DNA of 63,996 bases, the filler included, from Welwitschia mirabilis (taxonomy: Eukaryota), in the NCBI GenBank assembly GCA_051453625.1. It is 7 parts of one record of this genome, joined end to end, with 100 filler letters (N's around TTAATTAATTAA, not from the genome) between each part and the next. Parts side by side here need not be neighbours in the genome. Positions count along the whole stretch, not along the records: positions 1 to 19,849 come from JBOZIK010000001.1; 6 more parts are not named here. One strand, 5' to 3'. The position numbers and the translations under genes were made by a program. This document shows positions 1 to 11,600 of the stretch, piece after piece (position 1 is the stretch's first letter; each line of letters starts with the position of its first letter). The notes beneath the pieces were generated by a model. The model was not told the origin of the DNA and did not search any database. It saw only the letters and a program-made list of their open reading frames with translations.

Positions 1-46
1 AGTCACGGAGCTGAGGGACAGCCTTTAGTCTCCCTTGAGATTGTGA

Positions 47-450
47 TTGCCGTCTTACGCAGCAATTCAAAAATTGTTACAAGTCACGCAGGAAAGAATA
101 TGTGGGGGGTTGGTTTGTTTGTCCCGTCCCGTTCCCTCATCATCTTTGCTTGAAATCTGTTTGGTTTCCTACGATTTTCATGTGATTACAGTTTGCCCGT
201 TTCATTTCCGTAAGAACTTTCTAGTGCAGGTCATTGCTTCTGGTCCTTCGCATGCTTGCTCAACCTTACCTGTGCTTTCCATCTGGGCCTTAAATTTTAA
301 GGCTGCCAATGGAAAGTTGAGAGTATCATCTTGGATGGATTTTCGTTCCAGAGCAAGTTGTGTTTCAATCAATTTCTTTTATTATTAAGGAAGCTGTAAG
401 GTATCTTAATCGTCCTCATGCCTGTCATCTTTGTCAAAAAGCTGGCCCAA
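47..450 (+). pseudogene. Degenerate DUF4283 + zinc-knuckle (LINE ORF1-like) remnant, internally deleted
   Basis: Translation VIASGPSHACSTLPVLSIWALNFKAANGKLRVSSWMDF parallels the DUF4283 GPW...L..W...F......W.F pattern. It is followed by SCVSI and VRYLNRPHACHLCQK (start of a CX2CX4HX4C knuckle), in the same order as LINE ORF1 at 2722-3400. Confidence 0.5.
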
Positions 451-1107
451 GNNNNNNNNNNNNNNNNNNNNNNNNNNNNNNNNNNNNNNNNNNNNNNNNN
501 NNNNNNNNNNNNNNNNNNNNNNNNNNNNNNNNNNNNNNNNNNNNNNNNNNNNNNNNNNNNNNNNNNNNNNNNNNNNNNNNNNNNNNNNNNNNNNNNNNNN
601 NNNNNNNNNNNNNNNNNNNNNNNNNNNNNNNNNNNNNNNNNNNNNNNNNNNNNNNNNNNNNNNNNNNNNNNNNNNNNNNNNNNNNNNNNNNNNNNNNNNN
701 NNNNNNNNNNNNNNNNNNNNNNNNNNNNNNNNNNNNNNNNNNNNNNNNNNNNNNNNNNNNNNNNNNNNNNNNNNNNNNNNNNNNNNNNNNNNNNNNNNNN
801 NNNNNNNNNNNNNNNNNNNNNNNNNNNNNNNNNNNNNNNNNNNNNNNNNNNNNNNNNNNNNNNNNNNNNNNNNNNNNNNNNNNNNNNNNNNNNNNNNNNN
901 NNNNNNNNNNNNNNNNNNNNNNNNNNNNNNNNNNNNNNNNNNNNNNNNNNNNNNNNNNNNNNNNNNNNNNNNNNNNNNNNNNNNNNNNNNNNNNNNNNNN
1001 NNNNNNNNNNNNNNNNNNNNNNNNNNNNNNNNNNNNNNNNNNNNNNNNNNNNNNNNNNNNNNNNNNNNNNNNNNNNNNNNNNNNNNNNNNNNNNNNNNNN
1101 NNNNNNN

Positions 1108-1288
1108 CGAGTTATATTTACCCTATAAAAGGCATGAGAAATGCACATAATCAAAATGGAATCCTTTATTAAGGTTCCCTCGATATTATGAACAGACATT
1201 CTAGTTCCTCTCACGGCTTATGTGGTTTCTGACTCAGTGGCTTTAATCCCTTCTGTTCTTGCTTCTGCACGGCGATATGTCGCATCCT
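1108..1288 (+). repeat. Direct repeat of the tRNA-downstream segment (second copy 2258-2432, partial third copy 36531-36587)
   Basis: Near-identical sequence CGAGTTATATTTACC...CGCATCCT occurs at 1108 and 2258 (offset 1150). Confidence 0.9.
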
Positions 1289-1778
1289 GAGCGGCAAGAT
1301 TTTTTAACCGCTTTTGATTCAATTTGGCCTTAAACGCATTAGTTACANNNNNNNNNNNNNNNNNNNNNNNNNNNNNNNNNNNNNNNNNNNNNNNNNNNNN
1401 NNNNNNNNNNNNNNNNNNNNNNNNNNNNNNNNNNNNNNNNNNNNNNNNNNNNNNNNNNNNNNNNNNNNNNNNNNNNNNNNNNNNNNNNNNNNNNNNNNNN
1501 NNNNNNNNNNNNNNNNNNNNNNNNNNNNNNNNNNNNNNNNNNNNNNNNNNNNNNNNNNNNNNNNNNNNNNNNNNNNNNNNNNNNNNNNNNNNNNNNNNNN
1601 NNNNNNNNNNNNNNNNNNNNNNNNNNNNNNNNNNNNNNNNNNNNNNNNNNNNNNNNNNNNNNNNNNNNNNNNNNNNNNNNNNNNNNNNNNNNNNNNNNNN
1701 NNNNNNNNNNNNNNNNNNNNNNNNNNNNNNNNNNNNNNNNNNNNNNNNNNNNNNNNNNNNNNNNNNNNNNNNNNNNNG

Positions 1779-1795
1779 GCTGGAATAGCTCAGTT

Positions 1796-1828
<33 letters not shown>

Positions 1829-1852
1829 GAGGTTCAAGCCCTCCTTCTAGCG
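1779..1852 (+). tRNA. trnN-GTT: tRNA-Asn (GTT), nuclear plant type
   Basis: Complete 74-nt cloverleaf: acceptor GCTGGAA/TTCTAGC, D arm with A-box TAGCTCAGTTGG, anticodon stem TGTGG/CCACA with loop CTGTTAA, T arm GGAGG-TTCAAGC-CCTCC. Confidence 0.98.
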
Positions 1853-1885
1853 ATGTTAGAAAAAGCTGTATATCATTATCATCGA

Positions 1886-1891
1886 TTTTTT
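1886..1891 (+). terminator. Probable Pol III oligo-T terminator of tRNA-Asn copy 1
   Basis: First run of 4 or more T (T6), 33 nt after the tRNA. Confidence 0.7.
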
Positions 1892-2432
1892 AAGCTAGTC
1901 CTGAAATTGGTTGAAAAAACTATTTCTTTGGAAAAGAAAAAAGCTTCAATATCATTGAAAAGAAGGATCTATTATATAGTTACTAGTTCCCAAAAAACTC
2001 TCTCCTTTATAATTTGCCTGAAAGGCCATCCCTTAATATGTTTAAGACAGCGTTACATCTAATTTTAAAATTACATCTTTATTTTAAAATTATAATTTTA
2101 ATTAAAAATAAATAAATAACTTATGAAATGGTAAATATAATTAATTTTAAAATGGCAAAGCTAATAAATTCTAAAATGATTAACTTTTGAAACACTCAAC
2201 TTAATAAATTTTAAAACAGCAAACCTAATAACTTTTAAACCATAAACCTAATTTAATCGAGTTATATTTACCTTATAAAAGGCTTGAGAAATGCACGTAA
2301 TCAAAATGGAATCCTTTATTAAGGTTCCCCCGATATTATGAACTGACATTCTAGTTCCTCTTGCGGCTCACATGGTTTATGTGGCTTTAATCCCTTCTGT
2401 TCTTGCTTCTGCATGGCGATACGTCGCATCCT

Positions 2433-5400
2433 ATTTAAAACCAAGTAGCACTTCTATCTTCTAGATTCTGCATGTGTGAAAAAACCTCGGATCCTTGTAT
2501 GCGCTGGAGAGTTTTTGGACACTAGCAAAGCCATTGACAGGTCTTTGAAGAATTTCGATGCATGCATGTTATTTCTCCATAGATCCCCTACATATAATGT
2601 CATCACTCTTTTTTCAGGAAAGTTCTCTAATTTTCATACTTATCTCCTTTTCTTTTGAATTTCCTTGCAAATATCAACTTCATCAAGTTTAAATGCTTCT
2701 TTTAAGAAACGAAAATTAGAAATGGCTGATATTCCTCTTAACTCCATGACAACAGATGAAGATAATGATATGGCTCCAAAGAATGATTGTGTTATTGTAG
2801 ACTTAGAGTTCCCTCAAAATCTTTTTAACAAAATCATTCACACTTTTGAACAGCTTTGTCCTATCAGATTCTTCACTAGCAGAATTCCTTCTTTTTCTAT
2901 TCTCAATGAGTGGACTCAGAAAAATTGGGTTAGTAGAAACATTAGAGTCTCTGTCATCTCTAATATGATAAAAGGTTTCTTCCTCTTTGGTTATAAATCT
3001 GAAGAACTGTCAGACTGGGTAAAACAACAATCAGTTTGAAATATTTTAGGAACTTATCTTATTTTGCAGTCATGGTTTAAAGGCTTTAATTCAAAAAAAG
3101 ATTTTCAAAGAACCATTCCCATTTGGATCGAATTCCCAAATTTTTAGTTAAGTTTTCATCTCATGTTAACATTTTAGCTTCTAAAATTGGACATGTTATT
3201 GGAACGGAGTCCTTTTCAGGGTTACGTGCTTACCCTACAAGAAGAATTTGTGTATCCATTGATTTAAACAAACCATTACCGGAGGTTATTTGATTATTAG
3301 CTGACGGAGCTATTATTCTCTAAAAGGTTACTTATTTAACCTTGTCAAGTTACTGTTATTATTACAAAGAACCTAACCATGTGAGGACACGTTGTCCTAA
3401 ACTCGTAGCCAAAATGGAAGCAGATAGAGTTTTAGCAAAAAAAGTAGCCAATGAACTCCATCAAACTAAGCTTATGAAGGAAAATCTCCAAACTTCTTAG
3501 GAAGCAGATCATTTCAATCACACTACTCAAGAACCAGTTGTCACCAAGGTTAATAAAGCTAACAAGAAAAACAGAAACACAGGGACCATTTTCCCAACAN
3601 NNNNNNNNNNNNNNNNNNNNNNNNNNNNNNNNNNNNNNNNNNNNNNNNNNNNNNNNNNNNNNNNNNNNNNNNNNNNNNNNNNNNNNNNNNNNNNNNNNNG
3701 TCCTAAACTCCTAGCTAAAATGGAAGTAGATAGAGTTTTAGTAGAAAAAGTAGCCAACGAACTCCATCAAACTAAGCTTATGAAGGAAAATCTCCAAACT
3801 TCTTAGGAAGCAGATCATGCCAATCACACTACTCAAGAATCAGTTATCACCAAGGTTAACAAAGCTAACAAGAAAAACATAGACAAAGGGAACATTTTCC
3901 AAAAATCTTCAGAAGAGTTTCACACTGCTAGTCAAGAGGATACTCAAGCAGCTCCTCAATATCCTAAGTCACTCAATAAGGACAATGATTCAGATGAAGG
4001 ATGGCAAACTGTTAATAAGAAATATTATGCTCAAGTCACTAGAATCAATCCCTTATACAACCCTTCTAGGANNNNNNNNNNNNNNNNNNNNNNNNNNNNN
4101 NNNNNNNNNNNNNNNNNNNNNNNNNNNNNNNNNNNNNNNNNNNNNNNNNNNNNNNNNNNNNNNNNNNNNNNNNNNNNNNNNNNNNNNNNNNNNNNNNNNN
4201 NNNNNNNNNNNNNNNNNNNNNNNNNNNNNNTAGACCCCTAAAGAAAATACATTATCTGAGATTATATAGCAAAAAAGAATTTAGATATAGTCTTTCTTCA
4301 GAAAATTAAAATTCAAGGTTTTCAGCTTCAAACAACTTGTAATACCATTTTTCCCAAAAGTTTTTCTTACATTTCTTATCATTCTAGAGGCAGGAAAAGA
4401 GTGGTTATTCTCATATATCAAAAGTTTAATAATCACATTATTAATTATGGTCTAGATCAGGAAAGCAATTGTTTTTGAATCTGATTGAATTAGANNNNNN
4501 NNNNNNNNNNNNNNNNNNNNNNNNNNNNNNNNNNNNNNNNNNNNNNNNNNNNNNNNNNNNNNNNNNNNNNNNNNNNNNNNNNNNNNNNNNNNNNNNNNNN
4601 NNNNNNNNNNNNNNNNNNNNNNNNNNNNNNNNNNNNNNNNNNNNNNNNNNNNNNNNNNNNNNNNNNNNNNNNNNNNNNNNNNNNNNNNNNNNNNNNNNNN
4701 NNNNNNNAATTTTAATTACAAGATGCTAATACTACCATCAAAATTAATTGTATTAAGGGTTTGTTTACTTAGTCCAATGCTAGAGCAGGGACAAGTTTTA
4801 TTACTTTTAGGCTTGATCGGGTATATTTGTCTTCAAATACAAATATTATTTTCTCTTATCAATACAAAGCTTCCAGTTTTAGTTGATTACACTCATGTCT
4901 TATTTGACCATTTTTCCATTTTATGGTCCATCCAATCTCTCAATTCTCAGCATATTAAAAAAGACCTCTTTGTTTTCAACACTTCTTTCCTTCAGAACAA
5001 AAACATGTGTTCTCTTCTTCTGCATGTTTGGAACCTTGTTCCTTATCTGGTTAGCAATGACAGATGGATTGATTAGTGGAATAATAGTATTTTATGCACT
5101 TAACATTTTGTCAGATATGCAGGAAAGCTTTTAGCAGCTAATATATCCTCTCATCAGAAAAGCCTCATGTCTAAACTAGAATTTTATCAACTAAAAGTTA
5201 ACTCAGGGCACTATAGTGATCAGGATTTTGATTCTCTAAAAATTTATAAAAACTATTTGAGATAAGTCGAGCATTACAAAGCTCAAGATGCCCACCTTTG
5301 TGCCTNNNNNNNNNNNNNNNNNNNNNNNNNNNNNNNNNNNNNNNNNNNNNNNNNNNNNNNNNNNNNNNNNNNNNNNNNNNNNNNNNNNNNNNNNNNNNNN

Positions 5401-8400
5401 NNNNNNNNNNNNNNNNNNNNNNNNNNNNNNNNNNNNNNNNNNNNNNNNNNNNNNNNNNNNNNNNNNNNNNNNNNNNNNNNNNNNNNNNNNNNNNNNNNNN
5501 NNNNNNNNNNNNNNNNNNNNNNNNNNNNNNNNNNNNNNNNNNNNNNNNNNNNNNNNNNNNNNNNNNNNNNNNNNNNNNNNNNNNNNNNNNNNNNNNNNNN
5601 NNNNNNNNNNNNNNNNNNNNNNNNNNNNNNNNNNNNNNNNNNNNNNNNNNNNNNNNNNNNNNNNNNNNNNNNNNNNNNNNNNNNNNNNNNNNNNNNNNNN
5701 NNNNNNNNNNNNNNNNNNNNNNNNNNNNNNNNNNNNNNNNNNNNNNNNNNNNNNNNNNNNNNNNNNNNNNNNNNNNNNNNNNNNNNNNNNNNNNNNNNNN
5801 NNNNNNNNNNNNNNNNNNNTTTTTTCAAATTTCTAAAATGAAAATACTCTTCTTCTCGCATAGAAGCTATTGAAGATTGAAATATAATCCATACCTCCAG
5901 AGACTAGATTCTTCAAGTTTTTTATAATCATTACTCTCAGGTTTTCTTTGCTAAACCAGTCGATGATAGAGCTATTAACACTTCTCTTAGTAATATTCAG
6001 CCCTTTACTCAAAAAGTTTGGATGGCCTTCCAAGAGAATTATTCTCTAAATTCTAGCACATANNNNNNNNNNNNNNNNNNNNNNNNNNNNNNNNNNNNNN
6101 NNNNNNNNNNNNNNNNNNNNNNNNNNNNNNNNNNNNNNNNNNNNNNNNNNNNNNNNNNNNNNNNNNNNNNNNNNNNNNNNNNNNNNNNNNNNNNNNNNNN
6201 NNNNNNNNNNNNNNNNNNNNNNNNNNNNNNNNNNNNNNNNNNNNNNNNNNNNNNNNNNNNNNNNNNNNNNNNNNNNNNNNNNNNNNNNNNNNNNNNNNNN
6301 NNNNNNNNNNNNNNNNNNNNNNNNNNNNNNNNNNNNNNNNNNNNNNNNNNNNNNNNNNNNNNNNNNNNNNNNNNNNNNNNNNNNNNNNNNNNNNNNNNNN
6401 NNNNNNNNNNNNNNNNNNNNNNNNNNNNNNNNNNNNNNNNNNNNNNNNNNNNNNNNNNCTCCAGTAATAAGTTAGGCAGGGATGCCCCTTAGCTCCTTAT
6501 CTTTTTACCATAGTAGCAGAGCTCTTGGAGCTCTTCTTAAAACTCAATAGTTTATCTGAAATTTCATGACATTCATCTTCCCAATGATAATACAGTTTTC
6601 CATAGTTAATTTGTGGATGATACCTTCCTCTTGATTAGAGAAATCAAATTATATTTTTAGAAGGTAATTGATACTATGAACATTTACTGTCGAGCTTTAG
6701 GTTCTCAAATTGATTAGAACAAAACTAGTGCCATTCATTCCACTTTTGGTGAAAAGCCTTCTTGTTTGTACTACTTCAATATCCAATGGTTGCCCCTCTT
6801 GATCATTTTAAACTTCTAGGAACCCCTATCACTTTATCAGATACTTCCTCTAGTATGTGGTAGATGGTTATTAATAAAGTTAAATATAAAGCTCTTAAAT
6901 GGTTAGGAAAGCCTTTATTCTTAGCTGGGAGGCTTGTTGTTTATATTCATATTCTTAGCACTATTCCAATTTATTATGCTTCCTTCATGGTCCCCTCTAT
7001 TTCATCTTATGATATTATTAATAAAATTGTGCGAATTTTTTTGTGGGATGAATACTTTAAATGGTAAAGTTTTTTATAGAATGGCTTGAAGTACATGTTG
7101 TCATTCCAAAGGGTTAGGTGGTTTGGGGATCCCTTCCTTAGAGCATCAAGGTATTTTATTATCCATTTCTTAGATAGTGATAAAGCCTAGAAGGTTTTAT
7201 TTAAATATTATTTTGCTAATACCAACATGAGTGTAAATTATTTATGGAAAGATCTTCACTAGAGTATTTCTATTTTTCCTTATGGTACATTTAAAAGCAA
7301 AGGTTCCTATATTTTTCAGTAAATTTTTAAGGCTTAACACAAACTCAAACGCTTTCTTCATTAACAACCAACTAAACTAAGTCATAATAATTTAGCCACT
7401 TATTCTTCTTGATGGTATCCAGTCTTTCAAATAGTAGATAACTCTTTGGCCTCTCATTCTCCAGCTAGATTTCATAGATTGGATAAATTAGGGCTTCTTC
7501 ATTTAGATCAATTTGTTACTCTACAAGATAATTATATCAAAATCAATTGGCCTTATTTTAAATCTAAATGGAAGGTTCAAAAATTGGATCTTTCTATTAT
7601 CAGGCATATTAAAGAAGTGGTTTCTAGATTTAATTAGCATCACAGTAACATGAACTAGTGGGATGATTGATTTTGGCCTGATGGTAAAAATATTACCTAG
7701 CTATCTCTTTTTACAGCTCACACGTGGTTCCAAGATTTCGATAATCTCATGAAAAAGCTAAACTCCAAATGTCATCTCAACTGAATGGAAGATAAATGAA
7801 AATAATTCTTTAAGAAAGTTTGAAGGATTAAAGCTCATCCCAAAACCAAAACTCTTCTTTTGGTATCTCATTCATCAAGGGCTTCTTATTGGTCATCGGC
7901 TTCANNNNNNNNNNNNNNNNNNNNNNNNNNNNNNNNNNNNNNNNNNNNNNNNNNNNNNNNNNNNNNNNNNNNNNNNNNNNNNNNNNNNNNNNNNNNNNNN
8001 NNNNATAATTCTTTAAGAAAGTTTGAAGGATTAAAGCTCATCCCAAAACCAAACTCTTCTTTTGGTCTCTCATTCATCAAGGGCTTCCTATTGGTCATCG
8101 TCTTTAACTTTTGGAAGTTACTCATCCTTTGTATCCTCTCTGTCAAGATCTAGAAACTTTCTAGCACACTTTTTGGGATTGCCACATTGCTCGTCAAGTT
8201 TGGGAATTGATTAAAAATATTAGTAGATTGGATACTCCTCTTTAGTATCCTAATTTCATTTTATTACAAGATCCTCTAGACACCCTCTCCAAGTAGGATT
8301 AGACTATCCTTATCCTTAAATGTGTTCATTTTATTTGGAAATCTTGATATTATGCTTGGTTTAATAATGATTCCTTTCAAATCTCCTCTAAAGATACCAC

Positions 8401-8460
8401 ATTTTCAATTCTTATGGTAGTCCTTCTTCAATATGAAGCTTCAGATCTTTGTATAAATTA
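2433..8460 (+). mobile_element. Decayed L1-clade LINE (copy A): ORF1 DUF4283/zinc knuckle, ORF2 endonuclease-RT-zf-RVT
   Basis: ORF1 MADIPL...RIPSFSILNEWTQKNW...IPIWIEFP (2722 onward) and knuckle YCYYYKEPNHVRTRCP (~3351-3398). Endonuclease LDIVFLQ (~4280). RT RQGCPLAPYLF (~6475) and FVDDT (~6610). LGGLGI (~7115) and CILCQ...HTFWDC...QVW (~8130-8205). Many stops and frameshifts; ends approximate. Confidence 0.9.
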
Positions 8461-8699
8461 TAAATTTCTGAAGATTTAGGTAGTAGCACCTATGAGAAAA
8501 GTCTATGTGTATTTTTTAGCTATGCATGAAGGGCAAAAATTTAGTCTGAATGAATTTTTTATTTGCACAGCAAATACTTTTTGAACCCATTTTTCTAGTA
8601 GCCTAAAGGAGCATTGAAATGCATGTGGTAATCAAGAATTAAATCGAGCACAAAAAATAACTAAATCTAAAACAACAAGAACAAACATAGTAGCCCAAA

Positions 8700-11600
8700 A
8701 ACATACAATGCATCAGCGGATTATAACAGTGGGAGACCATGTTTTAGCAAAATTCTGAAGGTTACGAGAAATTGGACCATGCATGTGAAAGCTTCACTAG
8801 GGGAAGTCCTACTTACATTGTTGTGATGTCTTTTCCAAAAACTTTTACTATTTTTCAGCCTTTTTCTTTATTTTTCTTTAAATGACCTCAAATAATTCAG
8901 ATTTGTCAGTTTTAAATGCATCCTCTAAAAAATAAAAACTAGAAATGACCGGTTCATCTTATGACTCTATGCCAATAGTTAAAGATAATAATATAGCCCT
9001 GAATAATAATTGCATTATCGTTGACTTGGAATTCCCCCAAGATCAATAATTTGTACTTTTAAATAGTTATATGCTATTGGTTTTTTCACTAGAAGAGTTC
9101 CTCCTTTTTCAGTTCGCCATGACTAGATTCAAAAGAACTAGGTCAATAGATATATTAGAGTTTTTTTAGTCTTAAACATAATGAAATACTTCTTTCTTTA
9201 CAGTTATAAAACTAAAGACATTGCAGATTAGGTGAAACAGTAGCTGGTTTGAAACATTTCAAGAACTTACCTCCTTTTACAACTATGATTCAAAGGGTTT
9301 GACCTAGAAAAAGCCATTGTAAGTATCATTCCTGTACACATTAAATTCCCAAACCTTCCAATTAATATTTTAAATCATGTTGATATCTTAGCCACTAAAA
9401 TTTGACATGTCATAGGGATAGAAACCTTCATAGGATTATGTGATTACCCCACAAGAAGAATCTGTGTTACTGTTAATCTAAACAAACCATTACCTAAGGT
9501 TATCATATTATCAGCTAATGAAGAAATTATTCTTCAAAATATTACACATTTAACTCTGCCAAATCATTATTACTATTGTAAAGAGCCTAATCATGTAAGG
9601 GTATGTTGTCATAAATGCCTATCTAAAATCGAAGCAAATAGAGTTTCAATAGAAAAAGTAGCTAATGGATTCCATCAAAAAGGTCTTATGTAAGAAAATC
9701 ACCAGATCCCATAAGAATGAAATAACTACAACTACAGTACTCAAAAACTAGTTATAAACAAGTTCAACAAATCCAATAGGAAGAATTTAGATAAAAGAAA
9801 TACTTCTCAAATTTATATAGAGGATTTAAATACTGATAGTTAGAATAACAGATAAGAGACTACTAAAAATCCTAGGTCAACTAATAAAGAAAACAATATA
9901 GAAGNNNNNNNNNNNNNNNNNNNNNNNNNNNNNNNNNNNNNNNNNNNNNNNNNNNNNNNNNNNNNNNNNNNNNNNNNNNNNNNNNNNNNNNNNNNNNNNN
10001 NNNNNNNNNNNNNNNNNNNNNNNNNNNNNNNNNNNNNNNNNNNNNNNNNNNNNNNNNNNNNNNNNNNNNNNNNNNNNNNNNNNNNNNNNNNNNNNNNNNN
10101 NNNNNNNNNNNNNNNNNNNNNNNNNNNNNNNNNNNNNNNNNNNNNNNNNNNNNNNNNNNNNNNNNNNNNNNNNNNNNNNNNNNNNNNNNNNNNNNNNNNN
10201 NNNNNNNNNNNNNNNNNNNNNNNNNNNNNNNNNNNNNNNNNNNNNNNNNNNNNNNNNNNNNNNNNNNNNNNNNNNNNNNNNNNNNNNNNNNNNNNNATCT
10301 CTTATCATTCTAGAGGCAGAGAAGTAGTGGTTATTCTTCTTCATCATAATTTTAATAATCAAATTACTAATCATGATTAAGACCCAAGGGGTAACTGTGT
10401 TTGGATTTAGTTAAAATGGAATAATTCTATTGTAGGCCTTGTCAACATCTATGCTCCTTGTAGCATCCTAAACAAATGTATTTTATGGAAGTGACTCCAT
10501 GGCTCTTTTTTAAAGACTTTATGGATCTTGGTTAGAGATCTTAACATGATTGAAAGGGACACAGATAAATGAGAAGGAAATAAATACAGCCTTAACATTA
10601 ATAAGCTCAACAGTTGGACGTTACTGAAAAGAAAATTCCAATTGTAGGACGCCGANNNNNNNNNNNNNNNNNNNNNNNNNNNNNNNNNNNNNNNNNNNNN
10701 NNNNNNNNNNNNNNNNNNNNNNNNNNNNNNNNNNNNNNNNNNNNNNNNNNNNNNNNNNNNNNNNNNNNNNNNNNNNNNNNNNNNNNNNNNNNNNNNNNNN
10801 NNNNNNNNNNNNNNNNNNNNNNNNNNNNNNNNNNNNNNNNNNNNNNNNNNNNNNNNNNNNNNNNNNNNNNNNNNNNNNNNNNNNNNNNNNNNNNNNNNNN
10901 AACACTGCTTTCCTTCAGAATAGTAACATGTGTTCAATTCTCATGCACATCTGGAACCTATTTTCTCATCCTTTAAGTAATGATGGATGGATTAATTAGT
11001 GAAATAATAGTATTTTACACACTCAACATTTTGCTAAACATGCAAGTAAATTACTAGCGGCAAATATAGATTCTTCTAAGAAATGACTCATGTCAAAAGT
11101 AAAATTTCATTAACTAAAATTTAATTTAGGGCACGATAATAGTCATGATTTTGATTTGCTAANNNNNNNNNNNNNNNNNNNNNNNNNNNNNNNNNNNNNN
11201 NNNNNNNNNNNNNNNNNNNNNNNNNNNNNNNNNNNNNNNNNNNNNNNNNNNNNNNNNNNNNNATTCTACTAAGGGATGGTTCACTTGGTCTAATTCTAGA
11301 ACTAGCTCAAGTTTCATTACTTCTCAACTTTACTAGATCTATTTATCCTTAGTTCTAAATATAAATATTTCTATCATAAGAAGCTCCTAGTTTTAGCTAA
11401 CTATACTCGGTCTTATCAGATCATTTCCTCATTTTGTGATTCATTCAATCTTCTAATGTTCATCATTTCAATAAAGATCTCTTTATTTTTAACACTGCTT
11501 TCCTTCAGAATAGTAACATGTGTTCAATTTTCATGCACATCTGGAACCTAGTTTCTCATCCTTTAAGTAATAATAGATGGATTAATTAGTGGAATAATAG

